A stretch of DNA of 25,775 nucleotides, taken from sequence record SRR20825006_2332, one strand, 5' to 3'. Below are positions 8,259-17,261 of the stretch, piece after piece. The notes beneath the pieces are model-generated. The model worked only from the letters and a program-made list of their open reading frames with translations. It did not search any database and was not told the origin of the DNA. The translations under genes and the position numbers were made by a program. The first letter of the stretch is position 1. Each line of letters opens with the position of its first letter.

Positions 8259-9233
8259 ATGACAACGACTTCGACTGCTACCAGTCCCATCGACGCGCCG
8301 AATGAGTCCGCGTCAGCGTTGGGCGATGTCCTTTGTGACATTCGCGATTTGCATCACCGCTATGGCGATAACGTCGCCGTTGACGGAATCGACCTCTCGG
8401 TTCGGGCGGGTGAAATCGTCGCCGTGCTCGGCAAGAACGGCAGCGGAAAGACGACCCTGTTTCGAGTCCTCAGCACATTGCTGCCAATTCAACGCGGCAG
8501 CGTCACCATCGATGGGCTGAACATTGCCGAACACGTGGACGCCGTTCGCAGCCGCATCGGAATCATTTTTCAGTCACCCAGTTTGGACATCAAACTGACG
8601 GTCGATGAAAACCTTCGCTGCCAAGGCGCGTTGTACGGTTTGTCGGGACGCGAATTGTCCAAACGCTGCGATGCTCTGCTGGAACAATTCTCGTTGACCG
8701 ATCGACGGCGAGATCTTTGCCAAACACTTTCGGGCGGATTGAAACGTCGTGTGGAACTGGCAAAAGGCTTGCTGCACCGACCACGAGTCATGCTGCTCGA
8801 TGAACCCAGCACGGGACTCGACCCGGGAGCTCGCCTGTCGCTGTGGGACGCATTGCAACAATTGGCCAACGACGGTGTGGCGGTTTTACTAACAACTCAT
8901 TTGATGGAAGAGGCCGCCAAGGCCAACCGTGTAATCCTGCTAGACCAAGGCAAGAAGATTGCCGACGACGCCCCTTCGCGATTGCGAGCCGACCTGGGTG
9001 GCGGCGTGCTGACCATCGTCCCGGACGATCTGGCTGACGCAAAAGCAATTCTGGAGAGTGAGCTGAATTTGGAAACTCAAATTGTCGGCGAGACTCTTCG
9101 CATGCCATGCGATGCACCGGAGATAGTTACCAAAGTTTCGGAAGCGTTGGGTGATGCCGTCCAGTCGATCAGCATCGGACGCCCAAATCTCGAAGATGTC
9201 TTCGTCGCCCGAACGGGGAAACAATTCCAATGA
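8259..9233 (+). CDS. ABC transporter ATP-binding protein (DrrA/NodI-like exporter)
   Basis: Walker A GKNGSGKTT, signature LSGGLKRR, Walker B LLDEP, H-loop TTH and C-terminal PNLEDVF. Confidence 0.95.
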   Translation: MTTTSTATSPIDAPNESASALGDVLCDIRDLHHRYGDNVAVDGIDLSVRAGEIVAVLGKNGSGKTTLFRVLSTLLPIQRGSVTIDGLNIAEHVDAVRSRIGIIFQSPSLDIKLTVDENLRCQGALYGLSGRELSKRCDALLEQFSLTDRRRDLCQTLSGGLKRRVELAKGLLHRPRVMLLDEPSTGLDPGARLSLWDALQQLANDGVAVLLTTHLMEEAAKANRVILLDQGKKIADDAPSRLRADLGGGVLTIVPDDLADAKAILESELNLETQIVGETLRMPCDAPEIVTKVSEALGDAVQSISIGRPNLEDVFVARTGKQFQ

Positions 9234-10111
9234 GTTCTCCTGCGATGACCGATTCAGGCATGACCACCTCCGCTCGCATGGGCGCCGCGTGGATGCTGGC
9301 GAGACGCGAATGGACGCGGTTCTTTCGCCAACGAAACCGGGTGACCGCCGCGATCGTGCAACCGCTTTTGTTTTGGTTGCTGTTTGGAACTGGGCTGCGT
9401 GGCTCGTTCGAATCAGCCGGAGGCGAAAGCTTCTCGCAATTCTTTCTGCCGGGCACGATTGGGCTGATCGTTCTCTTCACCGCTATTTTCGCGACGATCT
9501 CGGTGATCGAAGATCGCCGAGAAGGCTTCATGCAATCGGTGCTGGTTTCTCCCGCGGGACGTTTTCCCGTTCTGGTCGGCAAAGTGCTGGGCGGCGCCGC
9601 GATCGCCTGGGCACAAGCGTTGATCTTTTTGTTGCTGGTGTACTTGGTCGGTGCAGCTTCGATCGCATGGACGTTTCCGTGGCTGTTGCTCTTGCTGGCA
9701 ATCATCGCGATTGCGATGTGCGCACTTGGAATGATCGTCGCGTGGCCGATGGAAAGCACGCAAGGCTTTCACGCCATCATGATGCTGGGCCTGATGCCGA
9801 TGTGGTTGTTGGCCGGGACCTTCTTTCCGATTCCCGCATGGAGCCTTTCTGGACCGGTCATCGAATCTGGAACGGCAACAATGGGCGATTGGGGCGGCTG
9901 GGTACTCGCGGGCATCATGCAACTGAACCCTTTGAGTTATTCGATGCTGGAACTGCGTCGACTGTTGAATCCTACGTTGGATTTGTCATCGGCTGGATTT
10001 GCTCCTTCTTCAACGACCTGTTGGACCGTGACCGTGATCGCCACGATCGTTGTTGTGGTGATCGCTTGGCGTCTTATGCGAGGAAGCCGCAAAGCCGATA
10101 CAATGGTTTGA
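9230..10111 (+). CDS. ABC-2 type transporter permease
   Basis: About 6 TM helices with FFLPG, EDRREGF...LVSP, GTFFP and NPLSY. ATGA overlap with the ATPase gene. Confidence 0.93.
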   Translation: MSSPAMTDSGMTTSARMGAAWMLARREWTRFFRQRNRVTAAIVQPLLFWLLFGTGLRGSFESAGGESFSQFFLPGTIGLIVLFTAIFATISVIEDRREGFMQSVLVSPAGRFPVLVGKVLGGAAIAWAQALIFLLLVYLVGAASIAWTFPWLLLLLAIIAIAMCALGMIVAWPMESTQGFHAIMMLGLMPMWLLAGTFFPIPAWSLSGPVIESGTATMGDWGGWVLAGIMQLNPLSYSMLELRRLLNPTLDLSSAGFAPSSTTCWTVTVIATIVVVVIAWRLMRGSRKADTMV

Positions 10112-10182
10112 TCCATCGACGTTGATGTCGATCCTGATTCACATTAACCTGCGTCCTTTATAAATATTTTCGCGACACCGCA

Positions 10183-11376
10183 ATGGAATTTATCTGGAAC
10201 GACGGCGGACGATCCTCGGCAGGATTTGTTGGTTTAGCGGGAGATTGTGTGACCCGGGCAATCGCGATCGCAACGGGAACAAGCTATCGCGACATTTACC
10301 AATCACTGGGCAAATCCGCGAACAAAACCGTTCGCAACGGAGTCTGCAGCTCGGTGGGGGATGAATACCTTCGTGCCAATCAATGGCGCCGACATCACGG
10401 CAACGGACTCAGCTTCCACGCCGAGCATTTGCCTCGCGGTGTCGTCGTTGCACATCTTGAGAAACACAACACGCGGCGTGGCGGTCACTTTTGCTGCCTC
10501 ATCGACCATGAGATTCATGACACGTGGAATCCAATGGACGATGACGACTATGCCATCGTGAACTACTGGACATTCGCGGGTGCTCCGTCTGATTCAACTC
10601 TGCCGGCCATCGGGCCTCAACGACCGCAGGACAGCGAGCAACTGCTGACTCAAAACGAATTCGAAAAGATCCTTCGCCGTTTGCGTGCTCTGGACACAAC
10701 CGCCAGCAATCATGCCAGCACCGAGGGTGAAAAGCGAAACGCTTTGCGAATGATGCAAAGTCTGATGCTGCGTCACAACTTGTCACGCGAAGACATCACC
10801 GAAGACGACAACATCGAAAGTGTTTCTTACACGAGGATGGCTTGCCCGGTGAACGGACGCCGAGCCTGCGCGTGGGAAAAGTCGCTGGCAGCGTATGTCA
10901 GCGAAGAGATCTTTCCGATGGTGCAATGGTACTACGGCCGCAAACAGAACCGAACGTTGTTTTGGTTTTATGGTCCTGTCGACGATGTCAAGAATTGCAT
11001 CCTGCTATTTCGCGAGTTGCTGCTGACCATCGCTACCGCAGCTCAGTTGCAATACGGCGGTCATTCTCGCGGCAGCGGAGCGTCGTACGCGGAAGGCTAT
11101 GTGGGCGGAATGCCCAAGCAAGTTTCGCAAACACCAAATGCCATGGCTGAAGATCAAGCCTTCAGTCAATCGGCATTGATCCACGCTCGCACACTCGCGG
11201 TCAAACAGGCCGCATTGGATTGGCTCAAGCTCGAGTGTGGCATCTCGCTGGTGATGTCCAGGGGCAGCGGCCGAGACCAACATGATCCAGATGCTGCGAA
11301 TCGCGGGCAACGCCACGGTTCCAAACACGATCTGTCCACCGTCACCGGTCGAAAACGAATTGGCAACTCAAAGTAG
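10183..11376 (+). CDS. DUF2786-domain protein with an N-terminal Cys-His-Asp (papain-like?) domain
   Basis: KILRRLRALDTTASNHASTEGEKRNALRMMQSLMLRHNLSREDI matches the DUF2786 pattern, followed by WFYG...SYAEGY...G-x3-G typical of the downstream region in such proteins. The N-terminal ~130 aa contain GDCVTRAIAIATG and GHFCCLIDHEIHDTW. Confidence 0.75.
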   Translation: MEFIWNDGGRSSAGFVGLAGDCVTRAIAIATGTSYRDIYQSLGKSANKTVRNGVCSSVGDEYLRANQWRRHHGNGLSFHAEHLPRGVVVAHLEKHNTRRGGHFCCLIDHEIHDTWNPMDDDDYAIVNYWTFAGAPSDSTLPAIGPQRPQDSEQLLTQNEFEKILRRLRALDTTASNHASTEGEKRNALRMMQSLMLRHNLSREDITEDDNIESVSYTRMACPVNGRRACAWEKSLAAYVSEEIFPMVQWYYGRKQNRTLFWFYGPVDDVKNCILLFRELLLTIATAAQLQYGGHSRGSGASYAEGYVGGMPKQVSQTPNAMAEDQAFSQSALIHARTLAVKQAALDWLKLECGISLVMSRGSGRDQHDPDAANRGQRHGSKHDLSTVTGRKRIGNSK

Positions 11377-11387
11377 CCAATGAGTCC

Positions 11388-12476
11388 TCACTGAAGCAAC
11401 GATCGAATGAATTCAATGGCGATGTCATTGTAATTCGTTTCGTCGAATTTCTCGTCGCCATGACGAGCCCCTTCAACCTCGACCAACCGGCTCTCGACAC
11501 CGTTGACCCTCAACATGGAATCCAAGTAGATACTCTGCATCATCGGCACGCGTGAGTCCAGGTCACCGTGAAAGATCAAGAACGGTGGTGAGTTCACGCT
11601 GACATAGGTGACCGGCGAAGCGGCCCGGGCGAGATCAGGACGCATCAACGGTGAATGCCCTAGGAATCGAGCTTCAGGTGAGGGATCGTTTTGAAAGTCG
11701 ATTTCGCCGCGTTTGGACTGCAACATGACCAAGTCCGTTGGTCCGTAAAAGTCAACAACGCCTCGAATTTTGGCCATCGGCTGAGATGGATCGCTGATGA
11801 ACCGGGTGTGATCACTGGTGAGATTGGTTCCGATCAAAGACGCCAAGTGACCGCCGGCGGAACTGCCGAGAACAATCGTGCGATCCGTGTCCAAACCATA
11901 CTTTTCACGATTGCGACTTAAAAAGGCGAGTGCGTCGGTGCAATCGAGAACAGGCTCGGGAAACGAGGTTTGGTCGGACAGGCGATACTCGATCGACACC
12001 AATGCCACGCCTTCCTGCAATATTCGTGACGCCAACTGATCAAAACGGTGGAAGTCGCGAGCCTTGTTGCCTCGCGTCCACGCGCCGCCGTGGATCCACA
12101 CCGCGGTCGGCAAGTGTGCGTCGGTTCGTTTCTCCGGCAACAACAAGTCAAGCTTCAGCTCCAGCCCGTCAACTTCTTTGAAGACGACATTACTGATGTA
12201 CTCGGTGCCACTCGGCAATTTGTTTTCGATGAATGCTGTGTCGAGCACGGGAGGTTTCTTCACGTTCGCGACACTGCCAAATCGTTCCCCATCGACTCGC
12301 TGATCAATGCCGTCACCACCTTGCTCGTTCTTGCGAACGTTCGGTTCCGATGCTTCGATGTCTGGCGCAGCAGATTTCGGTAGGTGCGCCATGCAGATGC
12401 TCGCGCAGCACAAGATCGAGATGCAGGCAAAGCAACAAAAACGCAGAGACGGAAAAGTTCGGGAAGTGGAAATCAT
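11388..12476 (-). CDS. Secreted alpha/beta hydrolase (HSL-like / BD-FAE-type esterase)
   Basis: WIHGGAW oxyanion motif, GSSAGG nucleophile elbow, FHGDLD, GARHG. Signal-peptide-like segment after ATG 12476 (preferred over TTG 12572). Confidence 0.9.
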   Translation of the reverse strand: MISTSRTFPSLRFCCFACISILCCASICMAHLPKSAAPDIEASEPNVRKNEQGGDGIDQRVDGERFGSVANVKKPPVLDTAFIENKLPSGTEYISNVVFKEVDGLELKLDLLLPEKRTDAHLPTAVWIHGGAWTRGNKARDFHRFDQLASRILQEGVALVSIEYRLSDQTSFPEPVLDCTDALAFLSRNREKYGLDTDRTIVLGSSAGGHLASLIGTNLTSDHTRFISDPSQPMAKIRGVVDFYGPTDLVMLQSKRGEIDFQNDPSPEARFLGHSPLMRPDLARAASPVTYVSVNSPPFLIFHGDLDSRVPMMQSIYLDSMLRVNGVESRLVEVEGARHGDEKFDETNYNDIAIEFIRSLLQ

Positions 12477-12717
12477 GAGATTGTGGGGCACACGCTCTTC
12501 GGTGGATTCCAGGCAAATGGCTTCCCTGGAAGCTTTGTCTTCAACTGCGACAAAATGGCTGGCGAATTCCAACCTCGGAAGACTAGCCCACCGGATGGGG
12601 TCAAAACGCGATTTGATGTTATTTCACCCCCCTGATTCGAGGAACTGTGGCGTGCCGAGGATCGTACGATCTGACTGACCGGTACACGCCTCCTCATCCG
12701 CAAATGGGAAACGACGG

Positions 12718-12746
12718 TTAAGAATTCTGCGGTGTGGCACTACAAT
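12718..12746 (+). promoter_or_regulatory. Candidate sigma70-type promoter for SCO-DUF420
   Basis: TTAAGA (12718-12723), a 17-bp spacer and TACAAT (12741-12746), 75 bp upstream of ATG 12822. Confidence 0.45.
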
Positions 12747-12821
12747 GCAGAGCGTCGATCATCGACTGCTCGGTTCGAAAGCACTCACGAGCAAACCCAA
12801 CTCCTGTCCGGGCAATTCGCC

Positions 12822-13517
12822 ATGAAAATAGTCACTCACGTCGCACTGATCCTCGTTGCCGGGGTTGCCCTTGGACTGATCGGTCGGCAAATGCGTCACT
12901 CGACCGCTCCCTCCGACGGCCCGGGGCCGGACGAAGTGATTTATGGCAACGACAACGCGGTGGTGGACAACGCGACGCTTCGCCCCGAGGACGTTGCCAA
13001 CGACACTCCGTCCAAACCACCTGAAGATGCCGAATGGCTCAGCGAATTCGAGTTGCTTGAACGCAGTGGCGAAATGGTTTCGACCGCCGATCTGAAGGGG
13101 GCACCGTATGTGGTCAGTTTCTTCTTCAGCACTTGCCCGAGCATTTGTGTGTCTCAGAATCAAAAACTGAAAGAACTGCAGGACGAGTTCGAAGGGCAGG
13201 GCGTTCGCTTCGTCGCGATCTCGGTCGATCCTGAGAACGACACCCCCGAGGTCCTCCGCGAGTACGCCGCACGATTTGGAGCCGATCCAGACCAATGGTT
13301 GTTCTTGACTGGTGAGCTGAACTACATCCGCCGAATCGGTGCGGAGATTTTCCAGCAACCCGTCAACAAACAATTTCACACCGAGCGATTTGTCTTGGTC
13401 GATCCGGATGGAAAGATCGAGGGCTTCTACAACTGGCCTGAAAAACGTCAACTGGAAGCACTGAAAGAGAGCATCGAATCGATGCTCCAGGAAGAAGCCT
13501 CCTCGAAGAAGTCTTGA
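12822..13517 (+). CDS. SCO1/SenC family copper chaperone
   Basis: FFFSTCPSIC (CxxxC), ISVDPENDTPEVL, WLFLTG and conserved His in FHTERFVLVD. N-terminal TM/signal from ATG 12822. Confidence 0.93.
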   Translation: MKIVTHVALILVAGVALGLIGRQMRHSTAPSDGPGPDEVIYGNDNAVVDNATLRPEDVANDTPSKPPEDAEWLSEFELLERSGEMVSTADLKGAPYVVSFFFSTCPSICVSQNQKLKELQDEFEGQGVRFVAISVDPENDTPEVLREYAARFGADPDQWLFLTGELNYIRRIGAEIFQQPVNKQFHTERFVLVDPDGKIEGFYNWPEKRQLEALKESIESMLQEEASSKKS

Positions 13518-13520
13518 TTC

Positions 13521-13973
13521 ATGTGGGATACTCTGGCGGCCAATTTGCCGCACCTCAACGCGGCTCTGAATTTGATCGCAACGATCTTGCTCGCCCTTGG
13601 CTTGTACTACATCAAGAATGGCCGAGCGAAGATTCACAAACAGATGATGCTGCGTGCGTTTGGCGTCAGCATTTTGTTCTTGTTGTGCTATCTGTTCCAT
13701 AAATTCGCGTTGTATCAATCGACGGGTGAGTTCAACCGTCGATTTCCGACGGACGCGCCCGATGCCGCTCGATACACGTATTTGTCGATCTTGATCCCAC
13801 ACATTCTGCTTGCCATCGCGGTGCCGTTCCTTGCGTTGCGAGCGATCTACCTGGCCAAGAACGGTCGCATCGTGGCTCACAAAAAGCTGGTCCGAATTGC
13901 CTATCCCATTTGGATGTACGTTTCGGTCACGGGCGTTTTGGTCTATCTGATGCTCTACCAACTGTACGCGTGA
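13521..13973 (+). CDS. DUF420 family membrane protein (YozB/CtaM-like)
   Basis: LPHLNAALN, HKQMM, YLSILIPHILLA and HKKL..IAYPIWMYVSVTG. Four TM helices, located next to SCO. Confidence 0.92.
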   Translation: MWDTLAANLPHLNAALNLIATILLALGLYYIKNGRAKIHKQMMLRAFGVSILFLLCYLFHKFALYQSTGEFNRRFPTDAPDAARYTYLSILIPHILLAIAVPFLALRAIYLAKNGRIVAHKKLVRIAYPIWMYVSVTGVLVYLMLYQLYA

Positions 13974-13989
13974 CAAATTGAAACAATGG

Positions 13990-14015
13990 ATTGCCGCGAA
14001 CGTTGGTGCGGCAAT
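13990..14015 (+). terminator. Stem-loop after DUF420 (possible terminator or stabiliser)
   Basis: ATTGCCGC-(10 nt)-GCGGCAAT, a perfect 8-bp inverted repeat 16 nt after the stop. No U-tract. Confidence 0.35.
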
Positions 14016-14189
14016 TGCGTATTGAAGGCTGTGGCGCAGCGAGTGCCTGCCCAATTGGCGATCTGCCGCTGAAAATGAACCTTTTCGGCTGTCAGAACGG
14101 CTGATCCTCGGCGTTTGGCGACCTTTTCAGAAAGGCTACCCGGACGACCGATCGCGTTTGCTATCGATGTTTTAGGGAACATTCCTTCG

Positions 14190-14864
14190 ATGGGTATCTA
14201 CTTCCTTTTTGTTTTGCCTCCGTTTTTGCTGGGCCTGTATGCGCAGTGGAAGGTGAAATCGTCGTTCGCAGCGATGGCAGAGGTGCCGGCACGAATGTCG
14301 GGTGCCGAAGCCGCTCGTCGCATGCTGGACCGTGCCGGCTTGCAATCCGTTGGAATCGAACGGATCGCTGGTCAATTGTCGGACCACTACGACCCGCGAT
14401 CCAAAGTGCTGCGACTCAGCGAAGACGTTTACTCAGGGCGTTCGATGGCTGCACTCGGTGTGGCTTGCCACGAAGCCGGGCACGCATTCCAGGACGCGCA
14501 GCACTACGCTCCGTTAGTTGTACGCAACTTTGCCGTTCCGGCCGCGAATTTCGGCAGTGGGATCGGTGCGACGCTACTTTTCGTTGGTGCGATCATGTCG
14601 TTCGCACCATTGATGTGGATTGGGGTCATCCTGTTCTCGGCTGTGGTGTTTTTCCAAGTCGTCAATTTGCCGGTGGAATTCAATGCATCCAGTCGTGCTC
14701 GAGAGCACTTGGTCGAGTATGGTTTGATCACGGCGCAGGAAGAACAGTATGTCGCAAAGGTTCTGAACGCTGCCGCGTTGACTTACGTTGCCGCGACATT
14801 GCAATCGATCATGACGCTGGCATATTACCTCCTGATTCTCACCAGTGGCCGACGTAGTGATTGA
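14190..14864 (+). CDS. Putative neutral zinc metallopeptidase (YugP / Zn_peptidase_2 family)
   Basis: [17 protein letters not shown] (HExxH), [11 protein letters not shown] and [12 protein letters not shown] 14190 preceded by AGGGA. Confidence 0.92.
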   Translation: MGIYFLFVLPPFLLGLYAQWKVKSSFAAMAEVPARMSGAEAARRMLDRAGLQSVGIERIAGQLSDHYDPRSKVLRLSEDVYSGRSMAALGVACHEAGHAFQDAQHYAPLVVRNFAVPAANFGSGIGATLLFVGAIMSFAPLMWIGVILFSAVVFFQVVNLPVEFNASSRAREHLVEYGLITAQEEQYVAKVLNAAALTYVAATLQSIMTLAYYLLILTSGRRSD

Positions 14865-16860
14865 CCCTTCAGATTACTTTGCTGCTTTGGATGCCCCCGA
14901 GACATTGGCAACCAAAGCGGATGGGCCCGATGGCAAACTTCCGCTTTCCGACGAGATCCTTCGATCCTGGACCAGCGGTGACCTGTTTGGGCTCACGCAA
15001 AGTGTCGGAATGGGATTCGATCCACGTCGAGTCCTCGGCGATCAGTATTTGATCCTCAGCACTCAGGGCGGAGTGCGCAACCCCGATGGCACACCGCAAG
15101 CTCTCGGTTACCACACCGGGCACTGGGAAGTCGGCCTGCTGGGACAAGCCGCCGCCGAGCAAATTGAACGCGACGGTGGAGTTCCATTCGCCGCGTTTGT
15201 GAGCGACCCGTGCGATGGTCGCACGCAGGGCACCCACGGCATGTTTGACTCGTTGCCGTACCGGAACGACGCCGCGATTGTCATGCGACGACTGATCCGA
15301 TCGCTTCCGCGTCGCAAAGGGGTGATCGGCATCGCGACGTGTGACAAAGGGCTGCCCGCCATGATGATGGCTCTCGCCGGCACTGGTCACCTCGCGAATG
15401 TTTTGGTTCCCGGCGGAGTGACATTGCCGCCAACGGTCGGCGAAGACGCGGGCAAAGTTCAAACGATCGGGGCTCGCTATAGCCGCGGCGAAATGACTCT
15501 GGAAGAAGCATCGGTTGCAGGTTGCAAAGCCTGCGGCACTCCCGGTGGAGGATGCCAGTTTCTCGGTACAGCAGCCACCAGCCAAGTGATCGCGGAAGCC
15601 CTCGGGATGACCGTCCCTCATGCGGCACTGGCTCCCAGCGGACAACCGATCTGGACTCGACTAGCTCGTGACGCAGCAGCGACGGCCGCGGCGATGCATG
15701 CCTCCGGATTATCACTCCATGATGTGCTGACTGACAAAGCGTTTGAAAATGCAATGTTGATGCACGCAGCGGTGGGCGGAAGCACCAACCTATTGCTACA
15801 CATTCCCGCGGTGGCGGCAGCCGCCGGACGACGACGACCAACCGCGGATGACTTCCGACGTATCAATCAATCCGTTCCACGGTTTGTGGATTGTTTGCCC
15901 AATGGACCCGTCGGCCATCCAACCGTTCGGCTGTTTTTGGCCGGCGGGGTCCCAGAAGTCGCTTGGCACCTTCGCGAAGCGGGCCTGTGGAACTCGGACG
16001 AAAAAACAGTCGCCGGAATGACTTGGAATGAATTGCTGGATAAATGGCAGAACTCGGAACGCCGCGAAGTTTGCCGCGAACGATTGCGTGCCGCGGACGG
16101 AGTCGATCCAGATGAAGTTATCTTGCCGCCTGCGATCGCCAAGGAACGCGGTCTGACAAGCACGGTTTGCTTCCCATCAGGCAACCTGTGCCCGGAAGGT
16201 TCGGTCATCAAGGCCACCTCGATTGACCCAACCGTGATTGATGCGGATGGCGTGTATCGCAAACGCGGACGAGCCCGGGTCTTCTCAAAAGAAAGCGATG
16301 CGATTGCGGCGGTGAAGGGGCAATCGGAAAAACCAATCGAAGCCGGGGATGTGATTGTCTTGATCGGCCGTGGCCCGATTGGATGCGGAATGGAAGAGAC
16401 TTACCAGATCACATCCGCATTGAAGTACTTGTCGTTCGGAAAGCATGTCGCACTCGTCACAGACGCGAGGTTCTCCGGCGTCAGCACGGGTGCATGCGTT
16501 GGTCATGTTGGCCCCGAAGCTCTCGCGGGCGGTCCAATCGGTCGAGTGCGTGACGGTGACACGGTCGAGATCATCATCGATCGCAACACATTGGATGGAC
16601 GAGTGGACTTGGTCGCCACGATCGACGGCACCGATCCCATCGAAGCTTTGCAAACCCGCCCGATTGCGGAAGGATTGGATCGAGATGAGAACATCCCCGA
16701 CGACACGAGATTGTGGGCGGCACTTCAACAAGTCGGTGGTGGATCGTGGGGTGGATGCACCTATGACGTGGACAAAATCATCGAGACATTGAATGCTGGT
16801 CAAGCTGCACTTGCAGCACAAAACTCAGAGACGTCTCACCAGCAGGCCAGTGCCCGATGA
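14845..16860 (+). CDS. YjhG/YagF-family sugar-acid (D-xylonate-type) dehydratase, IlvD/Edd superfamily
   Basis: [52 protein letters not shown] and [14 protein letters not shown] start overlaps the upstream gene end (14845 or 14857). Confidence 0.92.
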   Translation: MADVVIDPSDYFAALDAPETLATKADGPDGKLPLSDEILRSWTSGDLFGLTQSVGMGFDPRRVLGDQYLILSTQGGVRNPDGTPQALGYHTGHWEVGLLGQAAAEQIERDGGVPFAAFVSDPCDGRTQGTHGMFDSLPYRNDAAIVMRRLIRSLPRRKGVIGIATCDKGLPAMMMALAGTGHLANVLVPGGVTLPPTVGEDAGKVQTIGARYSRGEMTLEEASVAGCKACGTPGGGCQFLGTAATSQVIAEALGMTVPHAALAPSGQPIWTRLARDAAATAAAMHASGLSLHDVLTDKAFENAMLMHAAVGGSTNLLLHIPAVAAAAGRRRPTADDFRRINQSVPRFVDCLPNGPVGHPTVRLFLAGGVPEVAWHLREAGLWNSDEKTVAGMTWNELLDKWQNSERREVCRERLRAADGVDPDEVILPPAIAKERGLTSTVCFPSGNLCPEGSVIKATSIDPTVIDADGVYRKRGRARVFSKESDAIAAVKGQSEKPIEAGDVIVLIGRGPIGCGMEETYQITSALKYLSFGKHVALVTDARFSGVSTGACVGHVGPEALAGGPIGRVRDGDTVEIIIDRNTLDGRVDLVATIDGTDPIEALQTRPIAEGLDRDENIPDDTRLWAALQQVGGGSWGGCTYDVDKIIETLNAGQAALAAQNSETSHQQASAR

Positions 16861-17261
16861 ATGCTCCCAAACGCAACATTCAAGATCCGGTCGAATATTC
16901 TCCCACCGCGATAGAGCGTGAAGGCGAACGCGGGATCCGCATTCTTTGGAACGATGGCCAATCGTCATCCTGGACCGCTCGGGAACTGCGCGACGCTTGC
17001 CCATGTGCGACCTGTCGCGAAAAACGAGGCGAAACTGGCGGGCACGAAGCGGTGACGTTGACGGATAAGAATTCTGACGCGGCAAGCGGCAACAAACCTC
17101 CGCAATCGCTGGGGTTGCCCGTCTTGAGCGCGGCGGAAGCTCGTCCGCTGACCATTGAATCGATGCGTCCGGTGGGAACCTATGCGTACAACATCGGCTT
17201 CAGCGACGGGCATTCCTCAGGCTTGTTCACGTTTGAACGACTGAGACGTCCTGCCGAGTGA
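16857..17261 (+). CDS. DUF971 / gamma-butyrobetaine hydroxylase N-terminal-like metal-binding protein
   Basis: [14 protein letters not shown] and [23 protein letters not shown] overlap with the dehydratase gene. Confidence 0.9.
   Translation: MNAPKRNIQDPVEYSPTAIEREGERGIRILWNDGQSSSWTARELRDACPCATCREKRGETGGHEAVTLTDKNSDAASGNKPPQSLGLPVLSAAEARPLTIESMRPVGTYAYNIGFSDGHSSGLFTFERLRRPAE

Noticed and set aside
8259..10111. ccmA/ccmB assignment for the ABC pair
   Set aside because: The ATPase is 324 aa with a DrrA-type C-terminal extension, the permease has ABC-2 motifs, and no ccmC/E/F are nearby.
9151..10125. 324-aa plus-strand ORF
   Set aside because: Alternative frame of the ABC permease, Arg-rich as expected for a shadow frame.
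10115..10132. ATCGAC-N6-GTCGAT hairpin after the ABC permease as a terminator
   Set aside because: Short, weak stem with no U-tract, and ATCGAC/GTCGAT words are very common in this sequence.
12759..14054. 431-aa minus-strand ORF
   Set aside because: Antisense shadow of the well-supported SCO and DUF420 genes, with no recognisable motifs.
14845..16860. ilvD (dihydroxy-acid dehydratase) call
   Set aside because: The N-terminal SGDLFG and [10 protein letters not shown] motifs indicate the YjhG/YagF subfamily, and the IlvD PCN motif is absent.
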